Part shown: positions 8,890-19,900 of the stretch, one piece after another
How positions within the stretch are numbered: position 1 is the stretch's first letter
How the letters are laid out: every line of letters starts with the position of its first letter
Source: an uncultured virus (IMG/VR IMGVR_UViG_3300006920_000039)
Lineage: Duplodnaviria > Heunggongvirae > Uroviricota > Caudoviricetes > Schitoviridae
Direction: 5' to 3' (one strand)
IMG/VR virus record: IMGVR_UViG_3300006920_000039
Length of the DNA: 64,000 nucleotides
The notes under the pieces: generated by a model
The model's input: the letters and a program-made list of their open reading frames with translations, nothing else
The model's database searches: none
Told to the model about the DNA's origin: nothing
Translations under genes and position numbers: made by a program

Positions 8890-11583
8890 ATGGGTTGGTT
8901 CTCTAGCAGCTACGCAACATATGTTTCCTCAACGGCCTACAACATGGCCGGTGAAGTTATTGAGCGTCCAGATTATTTGAAGAGCACTGTCGCACGGGGT
9001 GCTCTGATGTCAGGCCAAGGTCTGAGAACCAGATCACTTGGTGACGTCATCGTAAATGGTCAGCTTAGGGGCCCTCAACTAAAGCAGAGGGCGTTCTTTA
9101 GATGGGCAGAAAACAACCAAACTCCAGGAAGGTTGATCGGCGAGATCTCTACCCAGAGTGAAGTTGATCCCGCAGTCCTTGCCCCATTCATTTCGATACC
9201 AGCCGGAGATACTTTAGAAATAGACACGGCCATTCTCGATGATGGGGACATCATCTTCTGGGCCCAAAGGCACATTCTCAATAACTCCCCAGAGCTATAT
9301 ACCTCAGACTGGACTGTTGAGTGGCAGAGCAACCTGCAAAGGATGCTCATCACATACGAAGACACCAGCACCGAGAGTGTCATCTTAACTGATTTCAATT
9401 CCGCATCACGTTACATCATCGCCTATTACCGCGCCGTTGGGCCCACCACCTCTACCGTACCTGTCGAAGGTGAGGGTGGGGCAGATGTAGGTGCGAGACC
9501 GGACAGAACGGGATGGGACGTTGTATCGGAGACGAATGTCGCGTCGCTATATCCTGCTTACGTGTTCTACAGAACGACCGTTGATAACGGGGTCGATCCT
9601 CCTGTCGTGACCAACCCCCCCGAAACCACGTACAACATCGCCTACTTCCTGACCAATGCTGAGTATTACAAAGAGACCCCGCTTGGTGCTGTCGACACGG
9701 CAGGCGGAACCGGGCTGGAATTCTTTATTGAGACTGACACCCATAGTAACGCGATCAACGGCGTCTACGTCTGGGAGACGGTCTCAGACACCACTGATGA
9801 ATTTGGTGTGCGGACCATTGAGGAAGAGCGCAACCTTCAGTGGTATGAGGGGTGGACCTACCAAGTCTTTAACTTCATCCGGACTGAGTACCCGCAAGTA
9901 GCGGATGAGGCAGGGATCTTCCTATACGAGATTGGTTCAGGGAACGCGGTCCTGGATGCACTGCAGAATAGTGTGGCAGGATACGAGACCGAGTTTTACC
10001 CGGTCATACCTCTGCGCATAAACAACAAGCCGATCAGTCACCCTGATTTTGATGACGATTACGCTGACTATGCCAAAACCTACGAGAGGGTGTTCGGCGA
10101 CGACATATCTAACGTACTCGCACAGATCGAGGATAACCCGAATGTGGGGGATATCGATTATTCTTACGTGGTTCACGGGGTGGAGCTGAATACCCAAGAA
10201 AATCACGGGAAACGCTACCTCTACGAATTCTTCCGGAACCTGATTCAATTCCAGGAGACGTCTGCTGCAGAAGTAGATGAGTGGACTTCGGGCTGGATCG
10301 CCAGGATTATTGCCAGAGCTGCGATGCGGCAGTGGGAAATAGACAACGATGCTGGATTTGGTGATTATTTTAACGCGCCGAGGCCAACCCTACCGGACAC
10401 CTCAACTGCCAGACCGTATTCCACGCTTCGGGTAAGAACAACTTCAACCCTTGGGTATGATGTTCGCCTTAAGTGGCTGACGATTGATGAGAATATCTAC
10501 ACAGGTGTGCGGCCTGGAATGGTCAGCGGGGACTTTGAGTGGGAGACCCTGAGCGATATTGTCGTCCCTGGGGAGGTGATCTTTTTTGGACCTTTTATAA
10601 GATATACAGCACCCGATGTCAGAATTGCCCGGCACAACTTGTGGTGGCAAGATGGGGAGAACTCCTACCGGTCTTTGACCCTGATAGGGATGCAGCATTC
10701 TAACCACATCTATGATGGAACAGCTGTTTACATCTCTGTGGCTCAAGCCTTGGCCGATGCTGATGATAGCGGCTTTGTGGTGCCCCTACATTACCCATCT
10801 ATGCTGGAAATGTCCTTACGGACGGGCAATGAATTCGCCATCTCTAATCGGATTGTCGTCTTCAATTCCTACACGGTGGTGAAGACCAAGTGGTATGAGA
10901 AGGGGATTTTCAAAGTCATCATCTCCATCGTCGCCGCAGTCGTGGTGACGTTGGTCTTTGGGCCCGCAGCTGGTGCAGGTGTGTTGGGAACAAATGCCGC
11001 GGTAGGAGCAAGTCTGGGCTTCGCGGCTGGTACTATGACGGCCGTCGTCGTCGGTGCAGTGGTAAACGCAATTGCTGCCATGATCCTCCTGTCGGTAATC
11101 GAAGGGGTCGCAACCTCAATATTCGGAGATGAACTCGGCGCCATAATCGCAACTGTTGTGACGGTATTGGCCGGCAACGCAATCGGCAACTACCACGAGA
11201 CTGGTAGCATGGCTGTGAACTGGGGTGAGATTATGAAGGCGGATAACCTGACCAAACTCACCAGCGCCACAGCGAATATAGTTGCAGAAATGGCCCAGAT
11301 GCAGGTCGGGAGATACCAAGCTGATCTGGATGTAGCCACCGACGAGTATGAAAGAGAAGAAGAGAAGATCGAACGGATGACCGCTGATATACTTGGGTAT
11401 GGCGGTGGAGTAATAAATCCGCTACTGTTCAGAGAAATTCAGGACAGCTCCGCACCTAACGTGGAGACTGCTGACGCATTCCTTAAAAGAACACTCCTGA
11501 CGGGCACTGACATCGCTGAGATGAGTCTCAACATGATCGGTGGTTTCGCGGAACTCACCCTCAAATTAGATAGATCGATATAG
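8890..11583 (+). CDS. Virion/ejection protein (N4 gp53-like) with C-terminal hydrophobic segments
   Basis: MGWFSS...YVSSTAYNMAG start, FYPVIPLR, VVKTKWYEKG, long hydrophobic stretch. Confidence 0.8.
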   Translation: MGWFSSSYATYVSSTAYNMAGEVIERPDYLKSTVARGALMSGQGLRTRSLGDVIVNGQLRGPQLKQRAFFRWAENNQTPGRLIGEISTQSEVDPAVLAPFISIPAGDTLEIDTAILDDGDIIFWAQRHILNNSPELYTSDWTVEWQSNLQRMLITYEDTSTESVILTDFNSASRYIIAYYRAVGPTTSTVPVEGEGGADVGARPDRTGWDVVSETNVASLYPAYVFYRTTVDNGVDPPVVTNPPETTYNIAYFLTNAEYYKETPLGAVDTAGGTGLEFFIETDTHSNAINGVYVWETVSDTTDEFGVRTIEEERNLQWYEGWTYQVFNFIRTEYPQVADEAGIFLYEIGSGNAVLDALQNSVAGYETEFYPVIPLRINNKPISHPDFDDDYADYAKTYERVFGDDISNVLAQIEDNPNVGDIDYSYVVHGVELNTQENHGKRYLYEFFRNLIQFQETSAAEVDEWTSGWIARIIARAAMRQWEIDNDAGFGDYFNAPRPTLPDTSTARPYSTLRVRTTSTLGYDVRLKWLTIDENIYTGVRPGMVSGDFEWETLSDIVVPGEVIFFGPFIRYTAPDVRIARHNLWWQDGENSYRSLTLIGMQHSNHIYDGTAVYISVAQALADADDSGFVVPLHYPSMLEMSLRTGNEFAISNRIVVFNSYTVVKTKWYEKGIFKVIISIVAAVVVTLVFGPAAGAGVLGTNAAVGASLGFAAGTMTAVVVGAVVNAIAAMILLSVIEGVATSIFGDELGAIIATVVTVLAGNAIGNYHETGSMAVNWGEIMKADNLTKLTSATANIVAEMAQMQVGRYQADLDVATDEYEREEEKIERMTADILGYGGGVINPLLFREIQDSSAPNVETADAFLKRTLLTGTDIAEMSLNMIGGFAELTLKLDRSI

Positions 11584-11594
11584 ATAGGACCATC

Positions 11595-12032
11595 ATGCAA
11601 GATGCTCAACAACAACAAGGCTTTATGAAGAACTTGCTCGCATCCTTGTCCAGCTTTGGGCAAAATCAAACTCAGCAGATTGGCCAATCCCCATCGTCTC
11701 TCGGTGGGCTGTCGTTGGATGACAATGGTCTTGGTTCTTTGGGTGGCGATAACGAAATCGACGGGGGTCTCTTTGGGGACCTCGGTGGGCTGGACAAGTT
11801 TGAAGGTTTCGCCAAAGGGCTTGCTTCTCTGGGTCAAGTCTACGGTGCGATCAAAGGTGTTGGCCTGGCAAAGGATCAGCTGGCTTTCTCCAAGCAGTCC
11901 TATGCGACAAACCTGGCCAACCAAACCCAAACGTACAACACGTCGCTCGATGACAAGATCCGCAATCGGTACAACACCGAAGGCAAAACCTCAGGTCAAG
12001 CAGACGCCTACCTAGAAAAACATAGCTTGTAA
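11595..12032 (+). CDS. Virion protein (N4 gp52-like)
   Basis: LAKDQLAFSK...NLANQTQTYNTSLDDKIRNR motif; synteny. Confidence 0.75.
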   Translation: MQDAQQQQGFMKNLLASLSSFGQNQTQQIGQSPSSLGGLSLDDNGLGSLGGDNEIDGGLFGDLGGLDKFEGFAKGLASLGQVYGAIKGVGLAKDQLAFSKQSYATNLANQTQTYNTSLDDKIRNRYNTEGKTSGQADAYLEKHSL

Positions 12033-12043
12033 GGTTCAAACAG

Positions 12044-13837
12044 ATGGCACCATTGACATGGCGTAACGTTGACGGCCCCGATTTCAGCGCAGCTGGGAGA
12101 CTACTAAATGATGCCGTTGGCAACTTTGCTGGCGGCTTGAATGGTGTCGGGGACAACATCTCGACTTTGCGGGGTACGCAGAAATCGAACCGTAGCGCCA
12201 CTGCCACAGATATCCTTGCAGGAGTTGCGAATGCCAAGCAGGTTGACCCTGCTCTGGAGCGTATCTCCGCACAGATCAACTCGTCTGATATGACGCCAGA
12301 GCTGCAGGCAGCAATGCTGGCCTTACGTGGTCGGGGACTTGGGTACGACAAGACTAATGCAGAGACCCGGGGTATCAATGCCCGCACGGGTAAAACGAAT
12401 GCAGACAATGCTCGTTTATCGGCAAAGCAGGCTCGTGAGTTTGCAGAACAAGATGAAGCAGGTGCCTTGGCGTCGGAGATTGCCCGTATCCGAGAGCAGG
12501 CTAACACCGCAGGCGGAGGCTACTTGGCTCCAGAAGGAACTGGCATTGCGCCTCTCCCTGGTGGAGTGGTTGGTGGTGAGGCTCTCTTGCCTGGCTCCCC
12601 ACAGTCGGTGAATCCAGATACACGTCCTGATCGTATTTCCCAGCTATTGGCGAACGCTAACGGAGGGGAAGGAACGAGACTTCTGAGCCCTGAGCGCGTA
12701 AACGACCTCATCAACGGGAACGTGGAAACCTTCAACACTCAACGTGTTGCTGAGGATGCAGACAGAGGCCGGGACGATACGTTCGACCAGACTTTGGAAG
12801 GACGGGACCGGGCTACACGGGTCGAAGAGTTGGCCTATCAGGTTGCCGGCACAGCTACGAACCAACAAGACATCCCACGTCTTGTGGCGGATATGGATAT
12901 TCCGGCCCAGGATAAGACTGCTGTGTTGGCTCGCTTGACTGGTGAGGGGGCAATTGATGTTGCTGGAATTCAGACAGCACCAAACGACCCCAATGCAGCT
13001 CCACTACCTGGTGTTGCGACTGCCGAGGTGGCTCTGCAGCAGTTCGAAAGCGAGCAGAATCAGGCACTTGCACGGAACCAAGGTGTACGGATCAAGACCA
13101 ACGCAACAAGCACATACGCCACACCTGATCCGGCTTCGACATTAGCAGATCAAGCCCTGACCGACGATAGTCCTGGTCAGGTACAGGCGGCCATGAACCG
13201 AGTTGCGAAAGAAGCAGGTGTATCTCCTGCGGAAGCTGCTGCAGCTTTGGCTGAAACGGTCGGCCGTGGCCGTCGCTTCGTACCATTTGATGGACAAGAT
13301 GGCAGTCAGACACGCTTCGACCCAGACGAGGCAATTGCGCTCCTGGGTAACCTTGGTTCTGTTGAAAGTCAGCGTGCAGCCAATGAGGTTGAAACGCTTG
13401 GGAACCAGAACAAGGCTGGAGCAGAAAGTATCCGCGGTGAGATTGAAGACCTGAGCCGCCAGGTTCGATTGCAGGAGTCTCGTGGTAACGCAAGCGAGGC
13501 GGCTGCCCTGCGCAAAACGTTGGCACAGAAAGTCGACGCTGCAACAAACATCTATGCGAATAACCCGATCGTAGGTGGCCAAGCTGCTGCACCTGCGGCT
13601 GCAGGATCCCCTGCCCAGGCTGCAATTCAAAATGAAGCGCAGGCTGTTCAGAATGCTGCTCTGGAAATTGTCAGTGGTGTGACTGGAATTGCTCCCGGGG
13701 AGCTTGCTCAGCTGGATGCACAGCAGATGAATACTGTGGTTCAGCAATTGCTGGCGAGAGTGAGCACCCTGCCACGGACTGATGAAACCAGAATTCAGGC
13801 CGAGCAAGCAGCTCAGGTTCTTTCGGGGGGAAACTAA
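12044..13837 (+). CDS. Ejected virion protein (N4 gp51 position)
   Basis: MAPLTWRNVDGPDFS N-terminus typical of this locus; Ala/Gln-rich; directly upstream of vRNAP. Confidence 0.7.
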   Translation: MAPLTWRNVDGPDFSAAGRLLNDAVGNFAGGLNGVGDNISTLRGTQKSNRSATATDILAGVANAKQVDPALERISAQINSSDMTPELQAAMLALRGRGLGYDKTNAETRGINARTGKTNADNARLSAKQAREFAEQDEAGALASEIARIREQANTAGGGYLAPEGTGIAPLPGGVVGGEALLPGSPQSVNPDTRPDRISQLLANANGGEGTRLLSPERVNDLINGNVETFNTQRVAEDADRGRDDTFDQTLEGRDRATRVEELAYQVAGTATNQQDIPRLVADMDIPAQDKTAVLARLTGEGAIDVAGIQTAPNDPNAAPLPGVATAEVALQQFESEQNQALARNQGVRIKTNATSTYATPDPASTLADQALTDDSPGQVQAAMNRVAKEAGVSPAEAAAALAETVGRGRRFVPFDGQDGSQTRFDPDEAIALLGNLGSVESQRAANEVETLGNQNKAGAESIRGEIEDLSRQVRLQESRGNASEAAALRKTLAQKVDAATNIYANNPIVGGQAAAPAAAGSPAQAAIQNEAQAVQNAALEIVSGVTGIAPGELAQLDAQQMNTVVQQLLARVSTLPRTDETRIQAEQAAQVLSGGN

Positions 13838-13942
13838 GCAAAGATCAGATTGATATTTCTGCAATATCTGCGGAAAGTATTAACTAGAAGCGCCTAGATT
13901 ATCTGTGCTAGAAGGCTCCCATACCTAAAGGGGGAAACCTAA

Positions 13943-16900
13943 ATGGTTTCCCCCTATTTTTCTGCGAATCCTGTGAGGAATTCCATGGCCGAAGTACCAG
14001 GCGTAAACCCCATCAACTCCGCATTCGACAAGATACTGGGGGAAGCCGGAATTGCTCCTGCTCCAAATATCACACCTGTGGCCCCCAATCAGCCGGGTGA
14101 CCTCGCATCGGAGACGCTTCGTCGCTTAGGCGCAAAGCCATCGGACAAGCAGAACAAGGTCAACGAGGTCTCCCGGGCCAAGCAGATTGTACTGGGCGGG
14201 CCGGATGCCCAACGTGATATTGCCGCGGCAGAACGAGGTGGGAACACTCTTTCAGAAGATCCGGTTGTACGTGATTTGCAGGACATGGACTTCGGTTCTC
14301 TGGTTCAAAAGTACGGCGAAGATGTTGCCCGGAACCGTTACAAACTGATCGAGGAAAAGCAGCGCTTCAATTCAAGCCTGGATGCTGGACGAACTGCTGA
14401 ACAACGTATCGGAGATACCCTCCTTGATGTTGGTTCCGGAGCAGCGGCAGCTGTCGGTGGTGTTGCAGGACTTGCGGTCGGTGCTGTGAATGAAAACGCT
14501 GGTACAGCGATCTCCCAAGGTGCGTCTTCATTGAGCCAGAGCCTGAAAGGGTTTCAGTCCAGTGAATTGAGTGAGCGAAGAGAGTCTTTCGGACGCCTCC
14601 AGAACCAAGACTCGGTCGATTCAAACAAGATCTATGACGCAATAGATGAGCCCACCATGACTGACGTTCTGGGAAAGTTCGGTCGGGACGTGGGGAATAC
14701 CTTTGCAAATATGGCCCAAGATCCGGCAATGGCGGGATCACTGGTCGGTGAGTCTGCTGGCTCCTTTGCGGTGCCACTGGCTCTTGGAAAGCTGGGGAGC
14801 CGTGTGGCTCCGACACTCTCACAAGGTGCTGTAACGACTGGCGCCATTGGTCTGACTGAATCTGGGGGCGTGTACTCACAGGCTGTCAACGAAGTCATGG
14901 GCATGAGCGAAGATGAGCTGTCTGTTGCCAGCGAAGCCTACAAAGAGATGCGCCGGCAAGGGGACACTCACGAAGAGGCACAACGAGGTGTCGCCAACGA
15001 TGCTGGTTTGCTGGGTGCTGCAGTGCAACTCCCTCTCGCAATCGTGGCTGGTAAAGCGGTTTCCCGTTTCCAGGCAAATCCTCTCAAGACAACTTCCTTG
15101 ACCCGGAGTTTGCAGGACATCGGCAAAGAGACGTTGGAAGAAGGTTTCCAGTCTGGAACCGGTGAACTGACGACTGACCTTGGTGTAAAGACCCAAGCTG
15201 ATAAATTCCGCCAAGTCGGTGACACGGTTGGTGAAGCTGTGGCCATGGGTGCCGTCGGTGGTGCTGGTATGGCTGCCACTTTGCAAGCGCCGGGACTTCT
15301 TCGTGACGGTGTCGTGGCAGGGGCAAAAGGAACTGTCAGAGCAGCTGGACGAGCTATTGATGGCCGGGTCCAAAGCATTGCAGCTGCTCAGGATGCCGCT
15401 TCTCCAGTTGGATCAGTGGCTCGAACTGAAGCAGTTGAAACAGCCAAGACAAGCCTAGCAGCGGTTGTTCAGAGCGAACCTATAGTTGCTGAAAGTGTCG
15501 AGACTGTAGAGGCAGAGACTGCCCAGAAGTCTCCTATGCAACGTGCCAAGGAAGCTTTGGTCATGACCGGGCCCGAGGTGAACGAGACACCTGATGCCGT
15601 GAAGCGATTGATAGCAGGCGAGGGGGAAGTGATCCCTGATGACCTGCAGGTCGATCGATTGGATGTGCTGTCAGGACTGCTGACTGAGATCGAGTCTGGA
15701 AACCAGTCCGCACAAGACACCGAGGCTGCGTCTCTCTGGCTCTATGAGCAGGCAAAAGCATTTGAGGCCCTGCGCAACGAGGACATGTCCAGCCTGCCTG
15801 CAGAGATCCAGGAGATGGCTGCTGCAAGCCAGGCTGCCGTGGATACGATACTGGCGAACCCGACACTGCAAAAGGCTGTAGAGCAAGCACAGAGCGCATC
15901 TTTCGAACCTGGCTCCCTGCCGGAGATAACCGACAGGAACATCAACAGCCCTGAGGTCAAGGATGCCTTGGCCCGGACCATTCAGATAGCCCAGTCGAAC
16001 CCTGCCGGCATTGATCCGAAGTTCGTTGATTCCATTCTGGATCAGCGCAGCAAGGGCAAGATCCAGTTCTCAGACAAGGTCATGAAACGTCTGGAAGCAG
16101 CGGCCGCTATCGCCAAAGAAGCCAACGCAGCTTCTGAAAAGAAGGAAGCCATGGTCGCCGAGACCACAGCTGTGATCCAAGCCCAACCAACGGGTGCGGG
16201 TAAACAGGCCCGAAAGACTGTCGACATCGTGCGCCGCGAAATCCTCACTGAAGGTAAAGACGATGAGGCTGGACAGATCGGCTTGTCCCGCCACCTTTCA
16301 GGCATCGTGACATCGCTGAACAATGGCGATCAACTCATGGCACAGCTTGCACTGGATAACCTCCGGAACTTTGGCGAGCACATGCAGAACAAAGTGAAGG
16401 CAGCCAGAGAGTCGTTTGCGCTTGGGAAATCCAAGAACAACACTGTGCCTTATCGCACATGGACTGGAGTTGCCTGGATTGAGGCCAACAAGGACAATGC
16501 AGGCAAGATAGGGATCAACGCAAACTCCCCGAATTCGATTCAGCTGGGAAAAGAAGCAGCGATCGACGCAGAGACTGTGTCCAATCTCTACAACAATCTG
16601 ATCACGATCTACGGCAGTGAGTTGACTGGTCAGGCTTTGCCACCGTTGCGTGAAGCTACACCGGCCCCTGCAGTTCAGGAAAATACCGAGAATGTAGCGG
16701 ACCCTGTTGAGGTTACTCCAGTAGAGACAACCGAGGTTGTGGATCAGATTGAGCCTGAAACGATTGTCAACGAAGCCGAGCCTGATGCGCTGGAGCTGGC
16801 CGACAACGAGACACGGACACAAGCTGACTTCGATGCGATGACCGATGACCAGTTACTGACTTCGGTTAATGGCTGGGAAGCTGACGTTGAGAGCCTGCCA

Positions 16901-19900
16901 ATGATCCCTCAGAGGGTTCAACAGGTGCGGGACGTAGTGAACCCTATCCTCGAAAGGTTCAATCTCGCCCCCTCACTTATTCGTCGGATAGCCTGGCTCG
17001 AGTCGCCAGAAAAAGATCATCTGGGTCAAGCTTACTGGACCGAGCGGGTGCTCTCTTTGAAGCCGTCTGTCTTGAAGAAGATGATTGCGGGTGTCGACAA
17101 AGATGGGATTCACGTTGCGTATCACGAGCTGATGCACATGATTGATGCGGCGGCCTCAAAGACCTTCGGCCGCACAGCATCCATGGAACAAAACGAGCTG
17201 ATGGTGGGTGGCAAAATACACGCAGAAGTCCTGGGACTTGTTGAATCAGACCCGGAAATGGCCGAGTATTTTGAATACGCTCTGGGTCAGGAAGACCCTG
17301 CAATTCTGGCTTCGGAACTCTTCGCTGAGATCGGCGCCCTAATGTTGCTCATCGACGCTGATGTAGCAAAAACACTGATGCCTAAAGGAGTAGCTTACGT
17401 TGAAGAAACCATCGGACAAGCCGGAGGAAAAATCCCTGCCGTCGAAGAAGCTGATGCGGGAACCAGTGCACCCGTCATCGAAGATACCCAAGGGCTTCCT
17501 GGAGAGACTGAGGAAGCTGCCACCCAAGAAGTAGTCCAAACTCAGGAGCAGCAGAATGTCGCAGTATCTGTCGAAGTCGGAGCAGAAAGCGAACAAGAGG
17601 TTGTTTCTCAGGAAATTACAGGAGAACAAATTGCTGAGGAAAGCGTCACGGAGAGCGTGTCGCAAAGCACTCCGGACCAAGATGAAGCGGGAACTGAACC
17701 AGCAAGTGACTCTGTCATTGCTGAACCCGGAAGAAGCCTCAGCTTTGATAACCTAGCCAAGACAGCCAAAGGCGTCGTTCGTTTCGTGCGGGCCTACACA
17801 GTCGACACCAAGAAGTCTCTGTTGATGCAAAGTGATAACCCGGCCCGGGGTGTTCTAGAGCTCCTTGGTTCCTACGAGACGTACCGGGATCAGCTGGCGC
17901 TGAACTACCGGATGGACCAAGACCAAATCAAAGCCTGGAACACGCTCATCGAACGCCAAGTCGGTGGCTTGGTCAATCGCATGAATGCGTCTCTGAAAAC
18001 CAAGAAGAAAGCTCTCAGCAGTGGAAAGCTGACACCGCTGGAAGCTCTGGCGCAAGACAAGGACTACACAGGCTTCCGTGAAACACGGGCCCTCAACTTG
18101 GTTGATCCAGAAGCAGAGGTGTACGATCCACGTTTGATCCAGGCAGCAGCACTGGCCGCCTTGCATTGGACGATGAACACATCCGGCAGCCGGAACAACT
18201 CTGCGGAGGAGGTCGCCAAGATATTTGGTGTCGAAGAAGACGCCGTGACACCAGGAATGATGCACGCTGCCAACTCTGGTCTGGGTGCAAATACTGCTGC
18301 TGAATCTCTCGCCAGAACCATCCGGGAATTCTGGGGTGTAACCACCAACAAAGATGCCCCTATGTCGGATACTTTGGGGATATCTCAGGCAATCGCTGCT
18401 GAACTGCTATCAGTCATGGACGGGCACTTGGTGACCAAGTCCACCTTCGAGCTTGAAATAGCCGAAACAGGCGTCACAGCAGATGCTATTTTCATTCAGC
18501 TGACGAACGAAACTTCTGCAGAGGTCATCGAGCAGCTGAAGGGAACACGTATGTTCCTGCAGGATGCGTTTCTCCCAGAAGCTGAGCGTGCGTTCTACTT
18601 TGATCAGACACCGGACGCTGTTCGCAAGAGCCAGAAGAACAACCCACTCGGCAAGCTTGGTGCGAAGATGACCAAGGCTCTGAGGCGGCACCAGGATATC
18701 GCGTTCATGCGGAACACGCCGTATCTCAATATGATGCAGGCGATCGGCCGGGAGACCTTTGGTGAGCTGATGGGCAAGCGGGTAATTGAAGAGACCCGGA
18801 TGAACAAAGTCGACGTGGTTTCGATCCAAGGCAAGAATAACTCTGTCGACTATTCCTGGAATGGAGTGGAAAGCCATAATGCTCAGCTGGAGGGCTATGC
18901 CGACAGAGAAGGCAAGAACCCCGACGAGGTAGAGACACACTTCGATTGGTATGTGGTCTCAAACGAACGTATCCATGCTGATGGCTTTAACCCCCAGTCG
19001 GACAAGACAATGCGGGAAGCTTTCGTCGCCACGGTATCGACGCTTGATATGACGACGGAGAAGGGCAGGGAGCTGTTCTGGCTCACTGTGGCCCAGTCCT
19101 CTGATCTGGTGAAGACAGAGAAAGAAGCCCGGGCCGACGGTATCGACATTGTCCAGGAGAAGATCTTCGAGAAATTCGGTGACTCGATCACTGTGATGGA
19201 GGAGTTCCTGGAAGCCGGAGGCGAGTTGAGCCAAGCCCAAAAAGACGTCCTTCTGGGTGAACTTGGCGGCGAAGGCACACCGAAAATCCTGCACGCCATT
19301 CTTTCAGTTGCCCAATATAACCTGGCTGTAGCGGAAGGTGGAGAAGCCCTGACAAGCTTCAAGCACAACCTCTCCCTCGAGGCAGACGGTAAAACCGACG
19401 GCCCGATCAATGCGATGATCCACTTCCTGACTGGGAAGTTTGATGCGTCACAGCTTTTGAACATGGCTAAGGGCGGGTTTTACCCCAACGAGCAGGGCAA
19501 GACCCTGAACGAATACATCAAAGGCGACAGCGTCGATCTGTACGAGACAGCGGCTGTGCTGTTCCAGAACGAACTTGCTAAGGTCCAGAAAAGTGTCATG
19601 GGGACAAAAGCCCAAGGGCACATGACGGCCGTAAACAACATCATGAACTACCTGATCAAAGACGCCAGCTTCAACGAGAAGGGCGAGTTGGTCATTGGGC
19701 GGGGCATCCTGAAGAACCCACTGACGGTGACCGTTTATGGCTCTGGAGTCAAAGGCATAGCCAACAAAGTTACTTCTGCGGTAACAGAGGTCCTGTACCA
19801 GAAGATGACCGAGCTGGAGCAGATGCGTGTCGATCTGGCAGACCCAAGCCTGCAGTTGTCGGACGTCCCAAGCCTGCAGAATTATCCCACACTGGCTAAA

